DNA of 63,452 nucleotides, the filler included, from Welwitschia mirabilis (lineage: Eukaryota): the NCBI GenBank assembly GCA_051453625.1. It is 8 parts of one record of this genome, joined end to end, with 100 filler letters (N's around TTAATTAATTAA, not from the genome) between each part and the next. Parts side by side here need not be neighbours in the genome. Positions count along the whole stretch, not along the records: positions 39,430 to 51,940 come from JBOZIK010000001.1; positions 52,041 to 56,773 come from JBOZIK010000001.1; 6 more parts are not named here. One strand, given 5' to 3'. How positions within the stretch are numbered: the stretch's first letter is position 1; each line of letters starts with the position of its first letter. The translations under genes and the position numbers were made by a program. Of the stretch, positions 39,430-54,010 are shown in pieces. The notes beneath the pieces were generated by a model. That model did not search any database. It saw nothing but the letters and a program-made list of their open reading frames with translations, and was not told the origin of the DNA.

Positions 39430-42422
39430 AAATATTTTAAAAATATCTTATAAGTATATCTGCTCCCTCGACAATAAATTAATATCTCTCATATTACATT
39501 AATGTAAGAAGGAAAAAGGTGAAAACATAAGTTAAGTAAAAGTAAGCAAAATAGGTGGGCCTCAGAGCAGTAATCTTTTCTTATAAAAGGAATGATCATA
39601 ATAGTTCTATGAATGACGAAAAATGAAGATAAAAAAGAGGGAATTATCATTCGCTTAGTTTCCTAAATGACATGATGGATAACAGACCTGTTAGAAAATT
39701 AGAAAAATTGAAGTAAGAACGAAATAAGTTAGACTAAGATAAGATCATGGAGGCTTTAAAAAATCATCAAAAATTCCAAAATATGGAAAACAACTAAGAA
39801 TCATGATAAATAAAGCATGATAAAGGAGGTGAATTTTAGGAAGAAGTTAAGAGAAGAGAAAGAGGTGTCAAGATATTGTACAAAGCAAAGGAAAGTTCTA
39901 ACATATGTGATCAACTCATAATCATTGTATGTATCCAAACTAAAAAATAATATTAAAGAATTAAACTTGAAAAATATCAAAATAATAAATAAAAAATTAT
40001 CATTCTAAAATGAAAAAACATAATCAAGGTGCTAAAAATAAAATCAACTCCTATAAAGAAAAACTGCAAGTAAAAATAAAAATTAATTAGAAAACTACTA
40101 AATTATTAAGTCCTAAGTATTTGTAATGAAAAAATATAGAAATAACTTTAAAATACCCAAGAAAATAATTAAGGAAAACAAAATGAAAATTGACAACTAG
40201 GAACATGAAGAAGATTATGTACCTACCCTAAATTCAAACCTAGCAAACCCCCTTATAAGAAATTATAAAATCTTTTGATTAATAATGTATGACATAGTGC
40301 AAAAACTTTATAAAGTATTGTTTGAATACACATGATTATGATGATGCCAAATAACTAATGTTTTCAAACAATGAATGATAAGATTAAAATCTGCTTAAAA
40401 ATGGACTCACTTGCTTGCACCCCAAAACACACCCGAATCTTTAAAAGTAAAATGATCATGTGGGAATACTATAAGCTCAAAGAGTTTATTATTTTTTCAT
40501 AATGATTAGAGTGTAACCANNNNNNNNNNNNNNNNNNNNNNNNNNNNNNNNNNNNNNNNNNNNNNNNNNNNNNNNNNNNNNNNNNNNNNNNNNNNNNNNN
40601 NNNNNNNNNNNNNNNNNNNNNNNNNNNNNNNNNNNNNNNNNNNNNNNNNNNNNNNNNNNNNNNNNNNNNNNNNNNNNNNNNNNNNNNNNNNNNNNNNNNN
40701 NNNNNNNNNNNNNNNNNNNNNNNNNNNNNNNNNNNNNNNNNNNNNNNNNNNNNNNNNNNNNNNNNNNNNNNNNNNNNNNNNNNNNNNNNNNNNNNNNNNN
40801 NNNNNNNNNNNNNNNNNNNNNNNNNNNNNNNNNNNNNNNNNNNNNNNNNNNNNNNNNNNNNNNNNNNNNNNNNNNNNNNNNNNNNNNNNNNNNNNNNNNN
40901 NNNNNNNNNNNNNNNNNNNNNNNNNNNNNNNNNNNNNNNNNNNNNNNNNNNNNNNNNNNNNNNNNNNNNNNNNNNNNNNNNNNNNNNNNNNNNNNNNNNN
41001 NNNNNNNNNNNNNNNNNNNNNNNNNNNNNNNNNNNNNNNNNNNNNNNNNNNNNNNNNNNNNNNNNNNNNNNNNNNNNNNNNNNNNNNNNNNNNNNNNNNN
41101 NNNNNNNNNNNNNNNNNNNNNNNNNNNNNNNNNNNNNNAATCACATACTCTCAAAGATAAAGGTGAAGAAATAAGATGAAAACCAAGGAATAACATCCCT
41201 TAACAATTAAAGACTCACACCATTAAGAGAAAACACAAAAACCAAGGCATCTTCCTTCAAAATGAAGTTAATACATGTTTGAATGCTTTAAGATTGGGTG
41301 AATCTAATATTATCTCTGTGAAATGCCCAAGGAAAAGTTGCTATTCATGATGACTTCATAAAGTAAAACATAAGTCAAGTTAAAGATATTAAAGTGATAG
41401 CATGATGTCCACCAAAAGAATTGACTAAGAAAGAATTCAAATAATGGTAAGAGGACTTACAAGATAAGTCCTTCTATCATGTTGAAGGTTTGATAACTCA
41501 TGGATTTTTAAACTTAACCCATTTTTTGGATTTTCCTAGTGTTCAAATTGAAAATCTTAACTAAGCCATTAAAACCTACTTCCTGTAAAAGATAAGAATC
41601 TAACCATTGAGAGGTTAACTTAATATGTAAAAATAAAAATAAAAACCAAGGAAAAAACATAACAACGTAAAATAAAAAGGAAATACCAAAGTAAACTAGA
41701 AAAAAAAGTTTTATTTAGATTCTAAATCCTATTCAACACTTTATTTAAAAGATAAAGAAACATTTATTCTCCTAAGGCTATGGTCCTAAGATATTATTAT
41801 TTCTTAGANNNNNNNNNNNNNNNNNNNNNNNNNNNNNNNNNNNNNNNNNNNNNNNNNNNNNNNNNNNNNNNNNNNNNNNNNNNNNNNNNNNNNNNNNNNN
41901 NNNNNNNNNNNTTTGATAGCAGAAATTTTAGAATTTAAAGAAGAGATGAAGAAGTGATAAATTTCACTAAAAAATAATTTCTTATTGAAATGATGTAAAT
42001 CATAATTACCATCATATAATGTATACAAGGAATTACTCAAAGGAAGATTTCAAGAAGATTTTGAGGATCTTTAGATTATTTAGTAAGATCAAAAAGCTTT
42101 CTATCATTCAACTCAAGATATGAATTTTCATTAAGGAAATAAGTCTTTTCCAATTAGCATAACCACATGGAATTTTATCTCCACAAGATTTATTAGTAAT
42201 ATTCATGGAAAAATAATCTCTTATCAAACTCATTATGTAAAGAATTTGTAACATAGATTTCCTTCAAAAATTGATATTGATAATGGAAGACATGAATGGC
42301 ACTATTAGGGATCCAAGGTTTATGAGAAAACATCTTAGGATAACTAATTAAGATATGTTTAATATACTTAATAATCTCCTTAAAGTTTAATTATAAGCAT
42401 GGATTTGATCAAGAAGATAATA
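39430..42422 (+). mobile_element. Possible decayed Ty3/gypsy gag-protease region
   Basis: A-rich coding-like bias, a Cys-containing knuckle-like stretch near 41275-41330 and an LDSKSYSTL protease-like motif near 41715. Gapped. Confidence 0.3.
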
Positions 42423-43397
42423 NNNNNNNNNNNNNNNNNNNNNNNNNNNNNNNNNNNNNNNNNNNNNNNNNNNNNNNNNNNNNNNNNNNNNNNNNNNNNN
42501 NNNNNNNNNNNNNNNNNNNNNNNNNNNNNNNNNNNNNNNNNNNNNNNNNNNNNNNNNNNNNNNNNNNNNNNNNNNNNNNNNNNNNNNNNNNNNNNNNNNN
42601 NNNNNNNNNNNNNNNNNNNNNNNNNNNNNNNNNNNNNNNNNNNNNNNNNNNNNNNNNNNNNNNNNNNNNNNNNNNNNNNNNNNNNNNNNNNNNNNNNNNN
42701 NNNNNNNNNNNNNNNNNNNNNNNNNNNNNNNNNNNNNNNNNNNNNNNNNNNNNNNNNNNNNNNNNNNNNNNNNNNNNNNNNNNNNNNNNNNNNNNNNNNN
42801 NNNNNNNNNNNNNNNNNNNNNNNNNNNNNNNNNNNNNNNNNNNNNNNNNNNNNNNNNNNNNNNNNNNNNNNNNNNNNNNNNNNNNNNNNNNNNNNNNNNN
42901 NNNNNNNNNNNNNNNNNNNNNNNNNNNNNNNNNNNNNNNNNNNNNNNNNNNNNNNNNNNNNNNNNNNNNNNNNNNNNNNNNNNNNNNNNNNNNNNNNNNN
43001 NNNNNNNNNNNNNNNNNNNNNNNNNNNNNNNNNNNNNNNNNNNNNNNNNNNNNNNNNNNNNNNNNNNNNNNNNNNNNNNNNNNNNNNNNNNNNNNNNNNN
43101 NNNNNNNNNNNNNNNNNNNNNNNNNNNNNNNNNNNNNNNNNNNNNNNNNNNNNNNNNNNNNNNNNNNNNNNNNNNNNNNNNNNNNNNNNNNNNNNNNNNN
43201 NNNNNNNNNNNNNNNNNNNNNNNNNNNNNNNNNNNNNNNNNNNNNNNNNNNNNNNNNNNNNNNNNNNNNNNNNNNNNNNNNNNNNNNNNNNNNNNNNNNN
43301 NNNNNNNNNNNNNNNNNNNNNNNNNNNNNNNNNNNNNNNNNNNNNNNNNNNNNNNNNNNNNNNNNNNNNNNNNNNNNNNNNNNNNNNNNNNNNNNNC

Positions 43398-46300
43398 TCT
43401 TATTTACTGTACTTATTATTATTTTGTTAAGGATTATTATCATTTTCTAAATTAGTGGATTCATTAAAAAGATCATTAAAAATATCACAAAAATAAAGCT
43501 CATTATATTCATTATGTAATGGAAGATTTTTTGGTATTTCATGGGTTAATTCTTCTTCTTCTTCATTTAATAATTTAGTTAATTCTAAATTGTCATCCTC
43601 ATTATTTATTATTAAAATATTATCATTGAATGTCGTCTAGGACTATTGTCTAGATGACACGGTGAATAACTTCCTTCATTATGTGAATTCTTTAGTATTT
43701 CTCTTCATTACATAAATACTTCCTTAATCTTATATATTAGACTTCTATTAAAAGTTTGACTTCTTCATCCTCATCACAAAGTAAGTAAAAACCTAGGATA
43801 AGATCTAGTATTTTAATTATCATTGTCTTCATCCTCTTTTTCTTATCATTTTATTGCATGTCATTATTTTTCAATTCTAGATTCATTATAAGGAGAAATG
43901 TGATCAGTTTCATGAATTAATTATTTTAGTTTATCCATATTTTCTAAAAGGAAGTGGATGGGATTATAATCTAGTGTATCATTCTTTGACAAATAGTCAT
44001 CTTCATCCATATCATTGAATAATGGATTTGAATCATCATTTTCCTTGTTTTGTTATCTATCTCTTAATAAGTGGGATGTTTTAGGTTAATCCATAATTTC
44101 ATTTTCTATGTGGAAGCAAAAATTGTTGCTACTTATTTCTAAGTTCTATTTATGTTTTTCAAGGTGGGATGTAGCAGGATATCTTTGTTGTGTTGCAAAA
44201 GAAGTTTGAAATTGTTGATTTTATAATAAATTTTGTTGAAGCATCTCAATCAAATTTTATAGGTTTATGTTGGTATTTTCTAGTTTTTGTTTGATATATT
44301 CTTATCTTTTTTTCATTTCATCAAGCATTTCTTAAGCATAGTAATTTCTTTCTCAATAGTAATTTGTGCAAGATGGATCTTATTCTTCATAATAATTTAT
44401 GGGAGATGGTTATTTTTTCATAATAATTCATGGGAGATGGCTAGGATTCACTAAAATGATTATAGGATGTTTTACTAGGTGAGGTAGAATCCTTAAAATG
44501 TTCCAAATCATCATTTTCATTTTTACATGAATCTTGAAAAGAACAATGGGAAAAATAAGATGGTTGAAAAGAGGAAGGGGTTTCATTCCTAGTCTTAACA
44601 TCATGTGGTATTGCCCAGCTTCTTTGTGCAAATATTTCTCTAAGTGTTCTATTTCCATTATCCTCAAAAATTTATTATTCCTTCTTCTTTTATCTTTTAT
44701 TTTAGCCAATATTTCTCTAATAGTCCTTTTACCATTATTTGNNNNNNNNNNNNNNNNNNNNNNNNNNNNNNNNNNNNNNNNNNNNNNNNNNNNNNNNNNN
44801 NNNNNNNNNNNNNNNNNNNNNNNNNNNNNNNNNNNNNNNNNATTTAAAAGATCATAAAAATAAAGCACATTATCTTCATTATGTGATGGATGATTTTTTG
44901 ATATTTTGTGAGTTAATTCTTCTTCTTATTCATTGAATAATTTAGTTAATTCTAAATTGTCATCCTCATTATTTGTTATTAAAATATTGTTTTTGAATGT
45001 CATCTAGGACTATTGTCTAGATGACACAGTGAACAACTCCCTTCATTATGTGAATTCTTTAGTGATTTTCTTTAATTACATAAATACTTTCTTAATCTTA
45101 TATATTAGACTTCTATTAAAAGTTTGACTTCTTCATCCTTCTCATAAAGTAAGTAAAAACCTAGGATATGATCTAGTATTTTAATATCATTATCATTATC
45201 TTCATCCTCTTTTTCTTATCATTTTATTGCATGTCATTATTTTTCAATTCTAGATTTATTATAAGGAGAAATGTGATCATTATCTTCATCATGAATTAAA
45301 GAATTTTTATAATTTTTATGAATTAATTCTTTTATTTCATCCATATTTTCTAAAAGGAAGTGTATGGGGTTATAATCTAGTGTATCATTCTTTGACAAAT
45401 AGTCATCTTCATCCATATCATTTAATAATGGATTTGAATTCTAATTTTCCTCTTTTTGTTATCTATCTCTTAATAAGTGGGATGTTGTAAGTTAATCCAT
45501 AATTTCATTTTCAATGTGGAAGCAAAAATTGTTGCTACTTATTCCTAAGTTCTCTTTATGTTTTTCAAGGTGGGATGTAGTAGGATACCTTTGTTATGTT
45601 GCAAAAGAAGTTTGAGATAGTTGATTTTATAATAAATTTTTTTGAAGCATTTCAATCAAATTTTTTAGATTTATGTTGGTATTTTCTAGTTTTTTACTAA
45701 TATATTCTTACCTATTTTTCATTTCATCAAGCATTTCTTAAGCATAGTAATTTCTTTCTTCATAGTAATTTGTGCAAAATGGATCTTATTCTTCATAATA
45801 ATTCATGGGAGATGGTTATTTTTCATAATAATTCATGTGGGATTCATCAAAATGATTATAGGATGTTTTACTAGGTGAGGTATAATTCTTAAAATGTTCC
45901 AAATCATCATTTTCATTTTTACATGAATCTTGAAAAGAATAATGGGAAAAATAAGATGGTTGAAAAGAGGAAGGGATTTCATTCCTAGTCTTAACATCGT
46001 ATGGTATTGCCCAGCTTCTTTGTGCAAATATTTCTCTAAGTGTTCTATTTCCATTATCCTTAAAAATCTTATTGTTTCTTCTTCTTTTATCTTTTATTTT
46101 AGCCAATATTTCTCTAATAGTCCTTTTACCATTATTTGTAGAAATTCTTTTGTTTTTCCTCTCTTCAGCCAATATTTCTCTAATGGTTTTAGTATCATTA
46201 TCCTTATAAGCAGATGTAAAGAATGAACAAAAAGATTTTCTTGTTCTAAGTTCTATATTATCATTAGTAGGTAAATTAAAATTTTTTTGATTTTCACATC

Positions 46301-48332
46301 TCCTTTTAGTAATTAAATCTCCAACTATAATGTTCACGTTTAAATTAAAGGTTTTTATCATGATTGTATTAAGCGATGCTACTCATTAATGAAGAAGGGA
46401 TAAAACAATTTTTCTTATATTATATTATTTTCATAACTATTCTTTGAAAAATGTGATTCTAAAATAACAAAAATAGAAAATACGTTCTTCAAATCTTAAA
46501 ATTACATATCTTTAGTATGCATACCTAAATTTTATTTGTCATCAAATAAGCCTTTTTTGATATGCTCCTTGATTGAACCTTTTCCCTCTAATATTTTTTC
46601 TTTTTGCTAGATTTTACCATGTCCTTGCACGTTTAAAAAATATGCCTACATCTGCATCATTGTAGTCTTGATGACCAAAAAAATAGAAAATAAAAAACAT
46701 AGAAAACAGATTCATCTAAAATAGAATAGAAACACATTGTTAGTTAACCTTTTATATCATCTAGAAGACAAAGGAGATGATATCAATTTTATTATGTGGT
46801 AAAAAACCAAAAACAATATTACTAAAAAAAAATAGAAAAATCCTAATCCTAGGTCATCATCTGCCTATCTCATCTAGATAACAGATAGAATGATAGGTAC
46901 AAAAATGTAAACTAAAAAAGGAAAAATTGTAGAAAGAAAAAAAATTATGGTAGTTATAGTAAAAATATAATGCTACTATAAATAAATAACCTAAATTGAT
47001 ATTTAAGGAACTTATCTGGGTAATGATAATCCTTAAACTCTTTATGGCCTTTCCTAGAAATGGTGCCAAAATGTTGTAATGTATATTTATGTAATCATTT
47101 ATGTCCTTGACAAAATTTTATAAATCACAAATATTTGCATAATGCACACACTAGTATAGACAAGAGTAAACCCAAATGTCATAATCCATTGAAGGCATTA
47201 GGATTAAAATTAGAGAATTGATTTCAGTGAAGTAATTTGGTGTCTTTTTTAGATTCAAAATAAAAATTACATTGCAAAAAAAAAAATGCAAAGTAAAACA
47301 TATGAATGTAATACAAATGAAATCTATTATAAATGCAATATCTATTTGACTACGAAATCTTCTTATCATAAAGATTGACCTTACATAATCTTGATTAATC
47401 AAGGAAATTATTACTAATTCTAACCAACCTAATCTATTAAGTACTTTAAATAGGATATCAAAAAAAATACAATGATTAAGCTATGAAATATAAAATGTAA
47501 TGCAATTCAAATCCTAAACTAATGATTAAAATCTTAATAAAGGTTGTCCTTGATGATCTGTATCAACTATGAAGCTATCACAGAATCATAACCAACATAA
47601 ATCATAAAGAAAATTCACATAAATAAAACTAAAAGAAACTTTTCATTACTATCAAACCAACATCCTATTATAAAGCAGTAGCACCTCAATAAAAAAGACA
47701 TAACCTGACACTAAGAAAGATCTCTCTCCACAATAATGAATAAATCTCCTACCATTTGATCTCTTATCACTAGATTTTTAGGTGTCAAAAAAGATAAAAC
47801 TCAAAGTAAGGATGAAGTACGTATTTATTAAAAAAACACTCTAAAAATAACAAATCTAACAAACACAATAGAAACCCTCATAGGACATAGGAGAAACATG
47901 ACACATTACAAAAGTTTAATCAAGTTTGATGCATTGACTAAAATTAGATATCATTTTTACTATCATCCAGATAATGATGGAGATGATGCCATGTCAAGAG
48001 GCATCCATATTAGCTATCGTCTTTAGTCTAGTTAGCATCCTTATTAGTGTACAAATGGTTTATTTATATTATCATCTGAATGATGAAGGGGACAATAGTT
48101 TTTTTAAAGCACTTTCATCAAATTAAATTATCCTTGTAGATTATTAATTTCTCCTCAAAATGTAAAGTATCAGAAATAATCTAAAATCCCTTCAAATGTG
48201 CTAGTGATTGTGTATTTTTATGATTTTATCCTTGAATTTCAGTACTTATCGAAATCGACTTAAACCTATCTAAATGTTCTGCAAACATACTTAAAGTACC
48301 TTATTAAAAACATGCAATTTGGCATCACGACA
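43398..48332 (-). mobile_element. Athila-like element: 5' LTR 47072-48332, PBS 47051-47068, leader and atypical ORF region
   Basis: LTR termini TGTCGTGATG…CATTACAACA form an inverted pair. PBS is TGGCACCATTTCTAGGAA. The leader matches 50826-51700 and 12606-13440. ~43475-44741 is repeated at ~44842-46140 across a gap. Confidence 0.8.
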
Positions 48333-49691
48333 GAAATCCTTTTACATTCTTTATTCATATATTTTACTATTACATACATCCATTTTTAGCATACTACATC
48401 CTTTCAAATCTCATTTTTTATTACCTTTTCTTCCATTTTCACCCATCTGAAGGGTATTATAGGGGTGGTAAAGTACACATGTTTAAGTAATATAGGGGAT
48501 GTACAAGGTATTAAATCTTATAAGAAATTGGATTGAAGACTAATGGTAAAGCATGTGTATTTATCTAAAACTACTAAGTGTTATTTTTTTTATGTTTTTA
48601 TTCTTTTGATTACTTGATTTATACACTTGTATCATGATTTTCTTTCAATTTAATTAGGTTTTTATAGTGTGTTATAGAAATAATACTAATTAGATTATTA
48701 TACATTTAGTAACTATCATGGAAATCAAAACTTTTTCATGATTGGTCAGTCTATGTTAAAATAAATCATGTGTTTTATTCTCTTTTTCTCTTCTCTCCTT
48801 CATTCTTCTCATTTTTTAGTACATTTTCTTATAATTCCATCTTTTGTATAAGGCAAATGATGATGAATTTCTATTTTTTCCCTTTCTAATAATATTAGAT
48901 TGGCTTCTAACTGTGTTATTCGTATCTTTTAAATTAAAATTATTTTTCTTTATAGGAATTATTCTCTCTTCTTTCTTCTCTCAAAATCAAAGTAGAATAG
49001 TAAATTTTAATGCTTAATTTAACTATAACTATTTTTCTAAAACTCTAATGTTCTTGAAATTTTGTCCATATATTCCTCTCATTATTTAGAAACTTTCATT
49101 CATAATTCATTAAAACTAAAATTTGGCCTCTAAAACTCCCTTTTTGGCCATTTCTATTCTTAGTTGCAATTTTTCTTAGAAAACTTTTTGAATTGTGAAA
49201 TCTTAATTTTTTTTAATTTTGAAAAATAAATTTATCTATCATTGTTAATGTGTTCTTATAAATTCAATATTATATCTTGTAGTATGTTTGAATACTTTGA
49301 TAATATGCAATTCATTTTTCTCAAGTTTTATAGTTTTTTTATCATCTTTGTTTAAAGAAGAATTAATTATAATTATTGTAGTTTTTTCTAGATGAACTAT
49401 TTCTATTAGTTTCAATCGATTCTGCTTGATCTTGAATGTTTAGTTCTAGAAACTTATTATTTTAGAATATATTCTAAATATTTCAAAAATTCTAAAATTT
49501 TCTCGATCATTATTCTAAATTTTCTCTCTCCCTTTTATATCTTTTCTCCTTTTTCTTTTTTATTAGTCAAAATAGCTTGAAATTAAGTAAGTGTCACTTT
49601 GGTTTTATGAATGTTTACATGATACTTTATATTAATTACCTATTGATTTAGAACATTATTTAGATTATTTTAATGCTTTAATTTTCAAAAA

Positions 49692-51940
49692 TGTTGCACT
49701 GCCACCTTGCATGTATTTGATAGTATATTTTGAGTAGTTTTGTAGGGTATTAGACATGTTTATGCTAGATTTCTATGATAATGGGGAGCTAATATAAAAG
49801 ATATAAAAACATGAAATCTTCATAACATTTTATAGCATCTAAAGTAGTTTATAATATTTTCTATTTTAAAGCAAATTTCCTACAAACATTGAGGCTAATG
49901 CATTACATGGACACTTGTAAAAATCCTATCATTCACCTCATTATTCAGATGCCTATATGGATGATAAAATAATCAAACCCAATAAGGATGCTAACTAGAA
50001 TTAATCTGGTAGATAACATGAAATTATTATGAGGTGGCATCATCCCTTATACCATCTAGACAACAAGCAGGATGACGTCTATTATAACACTTTACTAAAC
50101 TTCACCTAACTTTTGCCACTTATCTTTGTGTTTATTATGTAGTTGTTAGGGTTGTACCCACGTCTATCTATCTTGTTTGTTTGTTTATAAGTCTATTTGT
50201 TAATAAGTATCGACTCTACCCTTCACTCCTCCTTGTCTTTGCTTGTACTAAAAATTCTCATGATAGGAGATTGAAGTGTCAGAGATCTATCTAATATAGT
50301 TATAGAGAGACATCTTCCTTAGTATTGGACTGTGATTTCTTCATTGAGGTATGACTACTTTGTTAACACGAATGTTGGTTTAAGATTAATATAAAGAACT
50401 CTTTTCTATTTTCCTATGCTTACTATGTTACTTATCCCTCAGAGTTTATGTTACTTTTGATTTCGTAATAGCTTCTTAAGTGATATAGATTAGGAAGGAA
50501 ACCTTTTTCAAGATTGAGCATTTGTAGTTTAAGTGCAATGTCCTTTTATTTTCTAGATTAAATTTTGAATAAGTGTATTTGCATTGTAATTTTATACATT
50601 GCATTCTATTTTTGCTGCTAAAATACTTAAGTATTTCTTCTCAAAATCAATTCACTTTCTTCTAGCCTAGGCCTTCGATGGATTATAACATTCGAATCCA
50701 CTCCCGTTTATATTAGTGTGTTGTGTTATGTAAAATCTATATTTATTTGTGAATGATAGGATCTTCTTAGTAGCATAACATTTATACAAATATGCACTAC
50801 AACATCTTGGTATCATTGCTGGGGAGGACTACTTAAAGTTTGAGAATTGTCATTGATTAGGAGAGTGTTTGGATCTTAGTTTAGATGTATACCTACAGTA
50901 GTACTATATTTTTAGTTATAGTAGCATAGGTTTTTTTTTTTTTTTTTTGTAGTTTCTATTTTTGCTTTCTAAAATAAATGTTTTATTCTTTGCTTCATTA
51001 TCTAGATGACGTGTGATAATGATAGCCTTTGTGCATTGAGGTTTTTATTTTTTCATCTTTTTAAAAATCTTTTAGAGTTTTCCTATCATCCCTCTTATCA
51101 TCCAAATGACTCAGGAGGATGAAAATTAGTTTTTAGTATTTTTTGTGTTTGTTATCTTGTGCTTTTATTTTGTGTATTTTTTTATTTTTTTAATGTTTTC
51201 TATGTTTTCTATCATCCAGACTATTATTCAGATGACCTCAGGGATGACACACACTAAACATCAAAACTGAGCATGCTGGAATATGATAAAATCTGGTAGG
51301 AAAGAAAAGTGTTAGAGAGAGTGGTTATTCATAGAGGAAAACATATAATAAAGTTTGATTGACTTTAAATTTAACTCAGGTATGCACACCAAAGGTACAT
51401 AAGTTTCAAAGATTCTAGAAATTTCTACATTTATTACTTCAAAATCTAATTTTATGAAAAAAATAGAAGATTATTTTGATGACAATTTAGAAGAAACCCA
51501 ATTTTTAAATATGTCTAGTTCATCACAAAAGCAAAAGCAAGTCGCTTCACTTAATCTACCCTTTATTATTAAAACCTCTATGACTACACCCCATAAGTCC
51601 CAATGCCAACATCACTCTTAGATAGATTATAGTTAATAAAAAACATGAAACCCAAATCCCTTTTAATTTACCTTCTAGTAATGATGTCTAACTTAGAAAT
51701 TTAAATGCTTATCCCATTTTTAGTGGTGAATATGACAAAGATCCTTTATAACACATTACTGACATTGAATAATTAGTGCTTACTTTAGGAAATGATAAGA
51801 AAAGAATAAGTGATAGAAATTACATGGTAATTTTTCTCATCACTTTAAAAGGTAAACCTAAACTTCAGTTAAGAACAAGTCCCCATAAGAGTTTTAAAAC
51901 ATGGAGTTAAGTTCAAGAAGCTTTTATTAAGAGATGCATG
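49692..51940 (+). mobile_element. Athila-like element: 5' LTR 49692-50804, PBS 50808-50825, leader and gag start
   Basis: The LTR runs TGTTGCACTGCC…CACTACAACA. PBS is TGGTATCATTGCTGGGGA (deaminated tRNA-Asp). Gag reads NAYPIFSGEYDKDPL*HITDIE and FLITLKGKPKL at ~51705-51870. Confidence 0.85.
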
Positions 51941-52559
51941 NNNNNNNNNNNNNNNNNNNNNNNNNNNNNNNNNNNNNNNNNNNNTTAATTAATTAANNNN
52001 NNNNNNNNNNNNNNNNNNNNNNNNNNNNNNNNNNNNNNNNTATAGCCATTTATCTACCAACATTTCTAGAATGATTCTAGATATAAAACACAACATAAAT
52101 CCATTATGCAATCGATCCAATATTGCTACTTAGATAAATTTTTATGTTCTATAAAATATGCAAAGTAATTTTGCGTAATTCAGAATTATATGCATTTCCA
52201 TGCAATCTAAATAGAGAAGAATGATTTTTCTTTGACAAATGCTTGAAGTCAATCAACAAATGTTTTAATGATTTCATAATAAGAAAGTATTATGTACTTT
52301 AATGGAAACATTTTGATACTAAAGAGAGACAAAAGAAAAAGGACATTTATTAAGCCACTAAAGAATATGATCATGTCCTAATAGAAAAATTGTTTAAGGA
52401 TAAAAAGGATTTTTAAGGAAAAGACTAACATTACTAAAGGCAATCAATAAGACAAAACTACTCTTTAAGAGAAGACCAAAAGTGTTTTTTGAAGAAAACT
52501 ATTCAAAAAAGAATCCTCTAATCTTATGAAATAAATTACCTATCATATTAAAATCTCCA

Positions 52560-54010
52560 CATAGGATCCAAGAAACATTTAAAAGAGAGTAAGTTAACTA
52601 TGATATAGTGTGACTAGTTAGAAGCATCGTTTGAAGCGTATATAGAGCATATTCTAAAAAATTCATAAGGGGAAGAAAGAAGCATTATTACATCTACTTC
52701 AAAAATCATAACGCCTTTGAACTTCTTTAAAGTATCAAGATGAGTGAAGAATGATTGAAGAGTCACCTTGACTAATCTAATGCATTGCGGTAAATGTAAC
52801 ATTATTTCCAATAAATAACTTTTTGACAAAAGTCATTTCTTTTTTAAGTATCTTAAAATCTTTAAAAAATGTAAAACAAGGATACTAGAGATGTTAATGA
52901 ATGAAACCCTTAGTTCCCCTTATCTAAAGGCTATCTGTGAGCCCTTACACATTATAAGAATATTTAATCATAGGCATGTGAGGGATGAGAATTTTGGTCC
53001 ATCAAATAAATCAACCATTAGTTTGTAGTTAAGGTCATAATTCTCATAATTTTCTTTTAAAAGCTAAACCTAATTAGAGGTATCAATGTTGTCTTTTATT
53101 ACTTTTATAACAAAAGAAGTGCTTCCATTAAAAAACTTAGTTTTCTTTGAAGGTCTCAAGATTAAGTTATTTATGTGATTCCACTATTTTTAAGCCTTCT
53201 ACACTTGATTTCTTAATATTTTTTAAAGCATCATTTGAAATAGGAGCATGTGCATCTTGGGCGATTGGAGACTTCATGAAAAATGAAGTATTAACTTTTT
53301 ATCTTTTACTAGATGAAAAACATAAGATATTTTGAGGTTGCATGCTTAAAATGAATCCTACAGTAGAAGAAACTTACACTTTATTCTTATGTAGATCATT
53401 AGTAGATTTCTTCCATTACAAGAGGAGACCATGGTTAAATAAGTAACCTTCTATATGGTAAAAGTTGCAAGAACTCTAAAAACTAAAGTAAATAACCTAT
53501 TGTTGATGGGTATTGAGACTAGGTTTAAGGGACAAAACTCTATTATAAAAATCTATATCAATGAAGTACTTTGTTCTAGTTCTAAGTGAGGAATGAAAGT
53601 TTTAAATGTTAATAATTGGTTCAAGGATTTTAAATATCTCAGGCTTAATCTTTTAACAATAAGAGACAAATCTAGTAACTCCACAAAACAAAGTGCATGT
53701 CAGTGCATCAAAGCATTGACATATAAGTTTGGTTTCTATTATCAAGCTATTAAAATAGCATGATGATGAACAAAAATAAACAAGGAGATAGCTTTCTCTA
53801 TGATAGAGCTTTCAAAGAACTCAACTTGGAAAAAATTCCAAGCAAAATATTTTGCATGCAAGGCTATAGTATCATAATGTGATAAAACCAAATTAATCCA
53901 TTCCAAGAAAAATGTCGATATTAAGAGATAATCTAACATTCATAAGAAAAAATATCATGAGAAAAAAAATCAGTAGCATGTTACTCAAATAAATCATTAA
54001 GATAAAATCA
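52560..54010 (-). mobile_element. Possible decayed Ty3/gypsy RNase H-integrase remnant
   Basis: Weak minus-strand similarity to the N.VADAL and GYLF motifs (~53740-53430). Otherwise unresolved. Confidence 0.3.

Noticed and set aside
40489..43443. Long 212-344 aa ORFs
   Set aside because: Made almost entirely of N runs.
50808..50825. Apparent tRNA-Met PBS (TGGTATCA…)
   Set aside because: The remainder (TTGCTGGGGA) and the sister copies show it is a deaminated tRNA-Asp PBS.
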